Below are positions 11,670 through 21,583 of a stretch of 64,000 bases of DNA, one piece after another. The translations under genes were made by a program, and so were the position numbers. The stretch is taken from the NCBI GenBank assembly GCA_963422365.1, contig OY729426.1, positions 1,056,001-1,120,000 on the forward strand, written 5' to 3'. A model generated the notes under the pieces. That model saw only the letters and a program-made list of their open reading frames with translations. It was not told where the DNA came from and searched no databases. This DNA is from Nitrospirales bacterium (GTDB lineage Bacteria; Nitrospirota; Nitrospiria; Nitrospirales; UBA8639). Positions within the stretch are counted from its first letter, which is position 1. Each line of letters begins with the position of its first letter.

Positions 11670-11800
11670 CTGGCAGTGCCTCCACCGAACGCTTTGTCCA
11701 GGCGGATCGCATCTCGGGTGCAATTCCCGAATGCTCATTCACGATGTCCGAAAGTTGCTTGCGGCTTACCTCGAGATTCCGTGCGGCTACAATGGCAGGC
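11670..11800 (-). pseudogene. HigA-family HTH antitoxin fragment
   Basis: ARNLEVSRKQLSDIVNEHSGIAPEM then IRLDKAFG after a frameshift. Confidence 0.6.
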
Positions 11801-12079
11801 CTGATGCGATTGGAGAATGGGAGTCGTCTGGCATTCTTGATGTCACGCATCTATTCGATTCTTACGTTGGAGAACGAGTGCTGCTTGCCACGGTCCAAGC
11901 AACCACGATACACGATGGCCTGATCTCAAAGAGCCAGTTGGTCGAAGGCGGCCCATTCATCCTACTCAGGAAGCCCATGGCAGTATTTCCTGAACGGGCT
12001 GACAGGTGAAAGAGCAAGGGCGCGATGAGATCGCGCAGCGACAAATGAACTTGACGGTGTTTCCCGAACCGGTCGACAA

Positions 12080-13018
12080 GTGAGAGAGCGGATAGCCCAA
12101 TCGACCCAGGCTTCCTCCCTGACTGCCTCTCAATCTCTGGGAGTTGTAACTGGAGTGCTGTTCCTGTTCTGCTTTGTCGTGTGGCTGGAGCGCGCCTCTC
12201 CTGAAACAGACGATTCGGCTCTGCCTCAGGAGTTGGAGTATCATCTGGTGGCGATCGCCGAGTTATCTCAACCATCTCCGATGGTGCAGATTCCTGCAGG
12301 GTGGTTCCTCATGGGGACCGTGCGCAAAGACGATGATCCGTTTGGGTTGGCAACGCAGTACGATGACACGGAGTTTCCGCAACGACGGATTTGGCTGGAT
12401 GCGTATTCACTCGATCGCGATGAAGTGAGCATGGCGGAGTATGTGGCCTTTTTGCACCGACAAGGTCTTCCGGTTCCGCACAAACTTCGCCATCTGATTT
12501 GGCATCTGATTGATGTCCATGTTCTCCCTGATTATGTCATGGCACGGTGGCCGGCCTTGTATGTCTTGTGGGACGAAGCGGATCAGTTTTGTCGAACGTA
12601 CGACAAACGGTTACCCACCGAGGCCGAATGGGAGAAGGCCGCCCGTGGGACTGAAGGCCAAGTGTTTCCCTGGGGGAGCGAGCCGCCCAACCCGGATATC
12701 GCGGTGTTCGAGTTGTATCACGTGCATCAAATCCCATTAGTCGCGGCCGTGGATAGTTTTGAAGAAGGACGGAGCCCTTACGGGCTTCATCACATGGCTG
12801 GCAATGTGCGGGAATGGGTGCATGATTGGTTTGGTCCGGACTCCTATCCCCTGATGCCTGAACGGAATCCCCGGGGTCCTGAGGTCGGGCGGTATAAAAG
12901 CGTGCGTGGCGGATCGTGGCGAAGCCGGCCGCAGCTTCTGCGAACAGCCACCCGCAATGGGGCGATTCCTGCAACGCGTTCGCCCAATATCGGGTTTCGG
13001 TGTGCCCGATCCGAGTGA
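12080..13018 (+). CDS. Formylglycine-generating-enzyme (SUMF1/EgtB/PvdO) family protein
   Basis: FLMG, RLPTEAEWEKAARG, SPYGLHHMAGNVREW, RGGSW, IGFRCA. Confidence 0.92.
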   Translation: MRERIAQSTQASSLTASQSLGVVTGVLFLFCFVVWLERASPETDDSALPQELEYHLVAIAELSQPSPMVQIPAGWFLMGTVRKDDDPFGLATQYDDTEFPQRRIWLDAYSLDRDEVSMAEYVAFLHRQGLPVPHKLRHLIWHLIDVHVLPDYVMARWPALYVLWDEADQFCRTYDKRLPTEAEWEKAARGTEGQVFPWGSEPPNPDIAVFELYHVHQIPLVAAVDSFEEGRSPYGLHHMAGNVREWVHDWFGPDSYPLMPERNPRGPEVGRYKSVRGGSWRSRPQLLRTATRNGAIPATRSPNIGFRCARSE

Positions 13019-13027
13019 CGAACGACC

Positions 13028-13879
13028 TTATCGTGGAATCCGGACGATGAGATTATCGATAAATCGAATCGCCCCAATCCGGATTGCTCCGAGTAAGACG
13101 ACGGTTCCCCGAAGACGTGAAAGCGGTTCAAGCGTGCGAGCATCACAACACGCCAGGTAGTCGATGGTGAGCCGTTGCGTTGCGTCGAGGATCTTCGCCA
13201 TCTTTTTTTCGATCAAGTCTGAGCGGCGTACCCCCCCTGTGATCGCTTCCTTCCCGGCTGACAGGGCCTGATAGAAGGCCGGTGCCTGTTGGCGTTGCGA
13301 TTTCGTCAAGTAGTGATTTCGTGAACTGAGGGCAAACCCATCGGAGCCCCGAATGGTTGGGCACGGGATGACCCGCGTGTCTATGTCGAGGTCTTTCACC
13401 AATTGCCGGATCACGGAAAATTGTTGGTAGTCTTTTTGACCGAAGAAGGTGTGAGTCGGACGGACAAGGTTCAACAGCTTGGTCACAATCGTGGTCACGC
13501 CTTGAAAATGCGTAGGCCGACGTGAACCCTCCCATCGTTGGGAAAGCGCCTTGACGGTGACGGTCGTTTGAAAATTGTGTGGGTACAAGGTCTCCAATTT
13601 CGGAATAAAGACGAGATCGACGTTTTCATCACGACAGCGTGTGATATCTTGCGACAGGTCTCTCGGGTAGCGACGGTAATCCTCGGTCGGGCCGAACTGG
13701 AGCGGGTTCACAAAAATACTGACCACGACTGTCCGGCATGTTCGACGAGCGCGTTGTATTAATGACCGATGGCCGGCATGCAACGCGCCCATGGTCGGAA
13801 CCAACCCGATCGAGGCCCGGAGCACATCGTGTTGGCGTCGCCAGGTTCGAAGGGACTGGGTTGTGTGGATGATGCGCAT
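13028..13879 (-). CDS. panC: Pantoate--beta-alanine ligase
   Basis: VPTMGALHAGH, SIFVNPLQF, FGQKDYQQ, ALSSRN. Confidence 0.97.
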   Translation of the reverse strand: MRIIHTTQSLRTWRRQHDVLRASIGLVPTMGALHAGHRSLIQRARRTCRTVVVSIFVNPLQFGPTEDYRRYPRDLSQDITRCRDENVDLVFIPKLETLYPHNFQTTVTVKALSQRWEGSRRPTHFQGVTTIVTKLLNLVRPTHTFFGQKDYQQFSVIRQLVKDLDIDTRVIPCPTIRGSDGFALSSRNHYLTKSQRQQAPAFYQALSAGKEAITGGVRRSDLIEKKMAKILDATQRLTIDYLACCDARTLEPLSRLRGTVVLLGAIRIGAIRFIDNLIVRIPR

Positions 13880-14437
13880 TTAGTCGACGGGAGGCAGGGC
13901 ACACGATGGTCGGGAGGCGAAATGCGAACCGGGCGTGGCATCGAGCTTTCGCACGCCATGGGAATCCGTCAGTTGGTCGAGCAAGGATTGAACCGTTTGA
14001 TTGTGTCGAGGATGGATCCAGTCCGGATCGAGTTCAGCCATCGGCACTAAGACGAATCGCCGTTGATGGAGACGCGGATGAGGAATAGTGAGCAACGGGG
14101 TCTCGATGAGACGTTGTCCATAGAACAAAATATCCAAATCAATGGAGCGGGAGGCGTTTCGAAGCACAGGGTCACGGCCGAGGCCCCGTTCCGTTTCCTG
14201 GCAAATGGCCAACACGTGTTCAGGCCGGAGTTGTGTCTCCAGACGAACGACACCGTTATAAAACCACATGTCGTCGTGACCATGATCCATATTGATTGGT
14301 TCGGTCTCGTAATACGAAGAGAGGCCAGTCAGCGTGGAATGAGGGAGAAGCCCCATCAAGGCAACGGCGCGGTCACAAAAGTCTTGCCGGTTCCCCTGGT
14401 TCGATCCGAAGGCAAGAAAGACGGTTTCGGTGCTCAT
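13880..14437 (-). CDS. folK: 2-amino-4-hydroxy-6-hydroxymethyldihydropteridine diphosphokinase
   Basis: GSNQG, YETEP, RSIDLDILFY, IPHPRLHQRRFVL. Confidence 0.96.
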   Translation of the reverse strand: MSTETVFLAFGSNQGNRQDFCDRAVALMGLLPHSTLTGLSSYYETEPINMDHGHDDMWFYNGVVRLETQLRPEHVLAICQETERGLGRDPVLRNASRSIDLDILFYGQRLIETPLLTIPHPRLHQRRFVLVPMAELDPDWIHPRHNQTVQSLLDQLTDSHGVRKLDATPGSHFASRPSCALPPVD

Positions 14438-14461
14438 GATTCCCGTGAACGGCCTCTTTGG

Positions 14462-15637
14462 TCACCACCCGATTTGTTTGAGGCGATCGACGGCTTCGGC
14501 TAATCGCTCTTTCGTCGTGGTGATGGTCATGCGAACGTAGCCTTCGCCTGGAGCCCCGAACCCGTTTCCCGGCGTGGTTACAATCCCGGCCTTTTCTAAG
14601 AGATGGGCCGTAAAGGAAGCAGAGGTATATCCTTGGGGCACCTCAATCCAGACGTAGAACGTCGCCGAGGGCGTCTCAAACTGCAGCCCAAGATTTCTTA
14701 AGCCCGCGACCAACACGTCACGGCGTTCCTGGTAAATGGCCCGGAGCCTGGCGGTGAGTCGATCGTCGGACTCCAAGGCCGTTATCCCGGCTTCTTGAAT
14801 GGCTTGAAATTGTCCTGAATCCAAATTGCTTTTGATTTGGCTCAAGCCTGCAATCACTTCGGCACGGCCGACGGCAAACCCAAGCCGCCATCCCGTCATG
14901 TTAAACGTCTTGGACAATGAGTGAAATTCGATGCCCACATCCATGGCGCCTTCCGCTTCCAAGAAACTCGACGGGCGGTTGCCATCGTAGAAAATTTCAG
15001 AATACGCCGCGTCGTGGCACACGATCACGTGATGCGCTTTCGCAAAGGCAATCACGCGAGTGAAAAACGCCGTGTCCGCAATAACCGACGTTGGATTGTT
15101 CGGTGAATTCAAAAACATCAGCTTTGCTTTTTGGGCGACGTCCGGGGGAATGGCATTCAGATCAGGAAGGAACCCGTTACGTTTCAACAGGGGCATCGTA
15201 TAAGCGGTGCCGCCGGCAAAGCCGGCGGCCACCGGATACACGGGATACCCGGGGCTTGGGACGAGGACGACATCGCCCGGGTTAATAAAGGCCATGGGGA
15301 CGTGGCCGATGCCCTCCTTTGACCCGATTAAGGTGACCACCTCGGATTGGGGGTCGAGGGCCACATTGAATCGCCGCTTGTACCAGTCGGCGACGGCGCT
15401 GCGAAACGACAACATCCCGGTCGAGGAAGGATATTGATGATGTTGCGGATCGGTCACCGCCTCTTGCATTCGTTGCAGAATAGGACCGGGTGTGGGCACG
15501 TCAGGATCGCCGATGCCCAAGTTGATGATATCGATACCACGAGCCATGGCCCGTTGCTTCATCTCGTCAATGGCTGCAAAGAGATAAGGGGGTAACGTCT
15601 GAATGCGTTCAGCATAGGTGATGGGGAAAAGACTCAT
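14462..15637 (-). CDS. dapL: LL-diaminopimelate aminotransferase (class I PLP)
   Basis: LPPYLFA, LIGSKEGIGH, PNNPT, DAAYSE, SLSKTFNMTGWRLG. Confidence 0.85.
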   Translation of the reverse strand: MSLFPITYAERIQTLPPYLFAAIDEMKQRAMARGIDIINLGIGDPDVPTPGPILQRMQEAVTDPQHHQYPSSTGMLSFRSAVADWYKRRFNVALDPQSEVVTLIGSKEGIGHVPMAFINPGDVVLVPSPGYPVYPVAAGFAGGTAYTMPLLKRNGFLPDLNAIPPDVAQKAKLMFLNSPNNPTSVIADTAFFTRVIAFAKAHHVIVCHDAAYSEIFYDGNRPSSFLEAEGAMDVGIEFHSLSKTFNMTGWRLGFAVGRAEVIAGLSQIKSNLDSGQFQAIQEAGITALESDDRLTARLRAIYQERRDVLVAGLRNLGLQFETPSATFYVWIEVPQGYTSASFTAHLLEKAGIVTTPGNGFGAPGEGYVRMTITTTKERLAEAVDRLKQIGW

Positions 15638-15664
15638 TCCAGGTACTCCTTCTTCATCATGACC

Positions 15665-15865
15665 TAGAAGCTATCTCATAAATGGATGAGGGCATTTGCT
15701 GGCCACTCCCTTGATGTCATTCTGAGCCGTAAGTCTATGTCTTTGTCGTGGCGCCTCTCATGGTGCCTGTCTTGGCCGCATCAGATGCGGCCCTGCAGTT
15801 CGGGTTAGGGATGAGATTCTTCGTTGCAGGATCCTCAGAATGACATCATGATGAGATATCTTCCA
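15665..15865. mobile_element. MITE-like element, copy 1
   Basis: Starts TAGAAGCTATCTCATAAATGGATGA (identical to 43967); imperfect inverted end TGAGATATCTTCCA; internal GTCATTCTGAG/CTCAGAATGAC inverted repeat. Confidence 0.65.
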
Positions 15866-15972
15866 ATCAGTTTTGAGGATCTCTTCTCACGTTACTGTAC
15901 AGGAAGGGCGATAATCAAGAACGGCTCAAGAAGGTCGGCTGACGATGACGCGCAGATGTGTGCGCTGCTCGA

Positions 15973-16672
15973 CTAAACCAGCGCCCGTTCCCGTTTATGT
16001 TTTCGTTGAGGCCAGTCCGGCAGGCAGAGGTCCAACAGCTTGTAAACATCGGAATCGTGATGGCGGTGTGAAACGTGGCAAAGCTCGTGAACCACGACGT
16101 ATTCACTGCACGCTTTCGGTGCTTTGATTAAGTCCGCATTGAGCGTCAGCCGGCTGCTTCTTGACAAGCTTCCCCAACGCGCCTTCAACTTTCTTCTTTT
16201 CAGGACGGGCCTAGCAACGTCGTTTTTTTTGAACTTTTCCCAACACAAATGAAAAACGGCCTGGAAGCAGGTTGAGGCTTTTTAGAAATACCACTCTTCA
16301 AGCAGCGTTTGAATATGGGGGTTGGAGACTGAACATGGAAATATCCGCTCTTTAAAAAACCTGCTTGGTTTTGGACCTTCTGATTTTCAGCCGGTCTTTT
16401 CGTCCGAGATAAAGGTGGGATTCTCCACCCACGTGCCGGCGTGGCGGAGTTCTCGGCTCAAACTGTTCAAAGTAACGTATCTGGCGATGAATCCATCCGG
16501 CGCGTTTCCGCACTCTGCGGACAACCTCTTCGGAATCGCTTCTAAGCGGAGTTTTCACAACAACGGATTTGTCCGGGTGGACGGCAATCTCCAAGGTCTT
16601 TCTTTTGAGGTGGAGGACGTCAAAAACAATCTCCTCTCGTCCATACGCGATTGACTCCGCCCACCGGCTCAT
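15973..16672 (-). pseudogene. YgjP/SprT-like M48 metallopeptidase (type I RM associated), broken
   Basis: RKTLEIAVHPD...GESHLYLG in 16352..16672; RWGS...YVVVHELCH in 15973..16248. Confidence 0.8.
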
Positions 16673-19330
16673 CCGTGCCTCCTGTTGCGGGCCATCCTCA
16701 TTGTCCGTTCAATAATTTCATCCGGTTGCTCGTTCTTTAGTTCAACGCCTTCTTTAGTTTTCACTTCGTCATACAGATGGGCCTCAATGTCGTTGATGGC
16801 GCTGTTTCGCGTATCCGGGTCGTCACAGAAATGCACTTTGCCGTGGCGTTGCAAAATCTCATGGATGGCAAGAGCCGTATCCGCCGATCTGTCATCGCAC
16901 GTGTCGGCCCCGCAGCCGGACGTTTCAAAAACAGGTTTAATCACGCTGAAAAATGCGGCGGCATCCCTCTTAAGGCGCAGTTTCTCAGGTCTACCCTTAT
17001 TCCCGTGGCTGTCAAAGTCCCTTTGAATCTCGAAAACCCTGTTCAGGTATTCCAATCCGGAGAGACGCTCTGCTCTGAACTCATCAATGACCCGTTGGAT
17101 CAGGTTTGAAAATTTTTGGTAAAAAGCTGGGTCTTCCTCTATTTTTTCGCTGATGGTGCGCTTCATCCGGTGGGCGATTTCATCTGCCCGTGAAGCTTCG
17201 GTTTTGCTGCCGTACTCGACCTCCGCGCCGCTTTCGCCAGTCGGGAGGGCGTCGAAAATGTTCTCCGGCTTGTTTATCTGCGTAACCTTGTCGGCTTGAA
17301 TCTGGGTGTCCAGGAGCTTCTTGATTTTCGGCTCATGCTCTCCGTAATCGACTGCATCGGCGTAGCGCAGTTTCACCGAACGTCTCAGTTTTTCAAACCG
17401 TTTCAAATCCTTTTGTAATATCGTAGGGCCGTTCGTCCACGTCCGTCAAAAATCTGTGGGAGGGAAGGGCAACGGCAAGGGTTTTGGCATAGTCCGCAAG
17501 CACTCCATAAAATTTTTCTCTTCGTTCGTCATCGCTCAGAAGCCTCTCATACTCTTCCTCATCGACTTGGTTTTTGACCTCTCTGAAAACGTCCCCAAGG
17601 TGGGAATGTTTCTGCGGCAGTTTTTCAATCTGCTCATGGACGGAAACCAGCGTATGTTCCAAATCCTGCTCGTCAAATCCTTCCAGCGCGTCATACATCG
17701 TGAAAGCCGTGTTCAGTTCGCCCAGTATGCCCTCGTAGTCCACGATAGAGCCGAAGTTTTTGCCTTGATGCAGTCGGTTCACGCGCGCAATCGCCTGAAG
17801 CAGCTCGTGTTCACGCAGTGTTCTCCATAGAGAAAGAACGGTGTTGACCGGCGCGTCAAATCCGGTCAGAAGTTTGTCTGCCACGATTACGATCTCAGGC
17901 TCTTCGGCGTTCTTGAAACGCTTGATAATGTTTTCCGAGTAGTGGGCTTCCGAGCCGAAGCGTTTCATCATGCTGTCCCAGAAATTCCGAACCTCGGAGG
18001 TCGGTTCTTCGTCGATTTCTTCAAAGCCCTCCCGCCGATCGGGCGGGGAGATGACCACTTCGGAGGAAACGTCTTCTATCTCTTTCATAAACCGATGATA
18101 TTGAATGGCCGTGGCTTTGTCCGGCGCAACCAATTGCGCCTTGAAGCCTGTGCCCTTCCAGTTGGCGCGATAATGCTCGCTGACGTCGAAGGCGCGCATA
18201 TAGACGACCCGCTCCGTCTTGTTGTGGGTATTGGCGCTGGCATATTTTCTTTTCAAATCGGCTTTCTGTTTTTCGCTGAGATCGACGGGGTATCGTTCAA
18301 ACCACAGGTCTACGGCGTCTCGATCCTGCTCCATTTCCACGTGGCGCCCTTCGTAAAGGAGCGGCACAATCGTCCCGTCATCGAGGGCCTGCCGGACGGA
18401 ATAGGACGGATCAATCAACCCGCCGAATTTGACGAAGTTGTTTTTCTGCTCATTTGTCAGCGGGGGTCCCGTAAACCCAAGGTCGCAGGCCCTTGGCAGC
18501 ATCTGTCGCATCCTTGCCGCAAGCGTCCCGAACGGGGGTGCGATGGCTTTCATCAACCAGCACGAAGACGTCAGGATCGTCATCACGCATGTTTCCTGCG
18601 TTCAAAGCCTTGTCGAATTTATGCACCGACGTCGTCACAACGGGTGTTTTGGATCGGATCAGATCCATCAGCTCGCGTCCGGTTGCCGCATGCTCCGGCT
18701 CGATACCGCACTGCCGGAAGACTTTTTCAATCTGTCTGTCCAGATCTTTCCTGTCCGTCGCCATGATGATGCGCGGATTTTTTATTTTCTCATCCATGGC
18801 AAGTAGTCGCGTAAGCCAGACCATGGTCAGCGATTTTCCCGAACCCAGCGCATGCCAGATTATGCCGCCTGTGCGCCGTCCCTCATCGTCCAACTGCTTG
18901 ACGCGCTGCAAAGCGGAGCGCATGACAAAAAACTGCTCGTAGCGCACGATTTTCTTTTTGCCCGCGTCAACAAGCGTGAGAGTTCCATCAGCCTTTCCGG
19001 GCGGCAGAGGCTGTAGATGGCCCTGTTCTGCTGCGTTGCCGTGCCGAGGGTCAGCAGGCCATAAACCGCCTCGTTGGTTTTCAGCAGTCTGTCGTATCGG
19101 ACGTTTTTGATCTTCTGAACGGCGGACTGGATATTCTCCTCGCTGAACAGGTATTCCCCGCCTCTGTAGTGGATGCGATTGATTTTCTTGATCCGGCTAC
19201 GCAGGATATTTTCCAGCAAAATATTGCCGAGTTTTTTTCGCCTTGCTTGAAAAGCCTGTTTTGGCGTCAGGTATTCGTAGCCGAGGTTGATCAGTTCCTG
19301 GAGGGCGGGATTTAAGAGAGGTGTTTTTCG
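16669..19330 (-). pseudogene. hsdR: Type I restriction enzyme R subunit, fragmented
   Basis: GGIIWHALGSGKS, TDRKDLD, LVDESHR, KLLTGFDAP, LLQAIARVNR split across at least four ORFs with deletions. Confidence 0.9.
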
Positions 19331-19350
19331 TTGAAAGAAAAGCCGTGCAT

Positions 19351-20308
19351 TTATTTTATCCAACATTCAACGGGCGTTGACAGAAAGTGCTCAAGAGCAA
19401 TGCCGCTTGCGCCAACTATCAGGCTTGTGGGATGGAATGCTTTGGAGAAAGCGTCTAAGCCTGGAAACGAATCGGGAATTCCACCACTTTTTACTTCAAT
19501 GGCAGTAAGTTTCTTCCCTTTACGCAAGACCAAATCCATTTCACGGTTGTTGTCCCGCCAAGAGAAGAGTTCACATTCCCCGCCAACGGCTGAATTGAGC
19601 AAATGGGCTCCCACGGCAGATTCCGTCAGTCGTCCCAACAGTTGGGTATCTTCAAGCACCTCTTGCCAAGTCCTACTGAATTGAGCGGTTATCAGTGCCG
19701 TGTTGAAGACTTGAATTTTTTGAATTGAGCGTCCGCTTGCCGCCACACTGCCCACATATTTTTGCAGTCCGATATGAAGCGGGCGGCTCCTGGATAGGCA
19801 TCGTAGAAAAGATAGTGTTTCAAATTCCACCCGAAAGCCCGTTTCATTTCGGGGAAACTCCAGTGAGGCAGATGCAGGGTTTCAAAACGCCCTGAAAGAC
19901 TTTCCGCAAGCCCCCGCCCCATCAAGAGCGGCGCTGAACCGAGCAACACCACTTTCACCAACCTTTTCTTGCGGGCGTCTTCATCCCAAAGACCTTTTAC
20001 CGTTACGGATCATTGCGGAATCTTTTGAACTTCATCCAATATCAGCAGGGCGCCTTTCCCTTTTGACTTTCCGCCAGGTGTCTCGCCTCTTCCCATTGGG
20101 ATATGATCCGCCCCTCACCGGCGCGAAGGGTCGGCTCATCCGCACTTGCAAAATGATAGGGCAGGTTGTTCCGCTCCGCCACTTGCAAGGCAAGGGGTGG
20201 CTTGCCCACCTGCCTTGCTCCCGATATGGACTGAATAAACCGGCGAGGTTCCTTCAGCCGTTTCGCTAACTCCTTTGCCTGCGGTCTAATAAATTCTGTT
20301 CTTGTCAT
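19351..20308 (-). pseudogene. AAA_14 ATPase with DUF4143 / PD-(D/E)xK tail, fragmented
   Basis: GARQVGK, LLGSA..ESLSGRFE, EMDLV...AIEVKS in three frames. Confidence 0.85.
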
Positions 20309-20344
20309 TTTTCAAACAACTATTCTCTCGTTTGTAATAATTTT

Positions 20345-20394
20345 TTGTTCAACAGACTGAACATTTTTGTTCAATACATTGAACAAATGTTCAA
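20345..20394. promoter_or_regulatory. Iterated TGTTCAA/TGAACA inverted half-sites upstream of the AAA ATPase
   Basis: Five alternating half-sites with ~22-bp period. Confidence 0.5.
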
Positions 20395-20453
20395 CACCGC
20401 TCCCTACCTGTTTAGCGTGGGATTTTTGTGAAATGACCGTGCTTAATCGCGTC

Positions 20454-20846
20454 TCAAATCATTGGATTCAGCACTTGTAATCCCATTGCTTTGGCTCCAT
20501 CCAACATCCGTTTATCGTACGAAAACAAAAGAACATCCTGATTTTTGCCGGCCAGAAAATGCAGAGAAGCAAGGTGGATTACGTCAAGCGTACGGACGGA
20601 AACGGGAAACGGATCGAGTGCGCGAGTAAGAGCAACTGGCGACAACTCCAGTAAACTAATTCGACCGATCAATGTGCGCGCACGTTCACCATGAGATTCA
20701 GAAAGATTCCTACTGTACAGTCTATTCCAAACCTCGTACTCCAGTAATCGGCTAGACACCAGGGTTTCATCCCATACCCATGGATGGGGTTGCCGATCTT
20801 CACTTAACATCCGGGCCAATAGCACGGAGGTGTCAACATAAATCAT
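20454..20846 (-). CDS. vapC: PIN-domain toxin (VapC-like)
   Basis: IYVDTSVL, EYEV, RTLDVIHLAS, SYDKRM. Confidence 0.88.
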   Translation of the reverse strand: MIYVDTSVLLARMLSEDRQPHPWVWDETLVSSRLLEYEVWNRLYSRNLSESHGERARTLIGRISLLELSPVALTRALDPFPVSVRTLDVIHLASLHFLAGKNQDVLLFSYDKRMLDGAKAMGLQVLNPMI

Positions 20847-21136
20847 CGGTCTGAACGGGCGTCATCAAGATCCGAGAGCAATTCATCCAGCTTCATTACG
20901 CCTTTGGTTTCGGGGATAGGCGTGTCAGGCGAGACAGTCGGCGGCTGTAGCAAACCACTACGGACTAATTCTGCCAACATCGCATCGGCCAGTATGGGGC
21001 TCCGAAACTCCCTGGGCGCGGTAAGTTCCGCCACAATCCGGTCCCGATCCGTCACGAGGACTGTCTCCCCGGACGCGACCAAGCGGATGTACTCACTGAA
21101 CTTGTTCTTAAGAATTTTGATGCCGACAGATCTCAT
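20843..21136 (-). CDS. Phd/YefM-type antitoxin (VapB)
   Basis: VGIKILKNKFSEYIRLVASGETVLVTDR; 4-nt overlap with toxin. Confidence 0.88.
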   Translation of the reverse strand: MRSVGIKILKNKFSEYIRLVASGETVLVTDRDRIVAELTAPREFRSPILADAMLAELVRSGLLQPPTVSPDTPIPETKGVMKLDELLSDLDDARSDR

Positions 21137-21583
21137 GCTTGCATGGTAGCCCGTTGGAGCCACTTTGCCCCCCCCCTGTACGCACTCAACTTCAGAGAGC
21201 GGGGTGAGCTATCCCCACCTGCTGGAACCGAGGGAGACCATTTTGTTGGCGTCAACGAAATGGTCGAGAATCCTGTGTTCCGACACTTCGCACGCTACTT
21301 TAGCGCGGTTGATAACCTATAAAAGTTCCGCCAATCGGTATAGCTAAGCAGGCCCTGAAGGTCACGGGCAAGCCAGAACTCAACGCCGCTGTAGCCGTAT
21401 GAAAATAATTGTGGATCCGGACGAAAAGAATTGCGAGGGGTCTAGAAATTTCTCTTGGGTTTGGAGGGGCACTCGGTGGTGGGGAATGGGCGGGGCAGGG
21501 GGGGAGGGTAAGGTGAGGGCGCCGATACGGCTGCGGCGGGAGCCGGCGGCATCGAGCGGCGCCAGGCTGTGGGCCGGCTGCCC

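Noticed and set aside
16160..16175. TGACAAGCTTCC resembling the cas promoter box
   Set aside because: Only a partial match, inside a coding remnant, and no -10 at the conserved spacing was noted.
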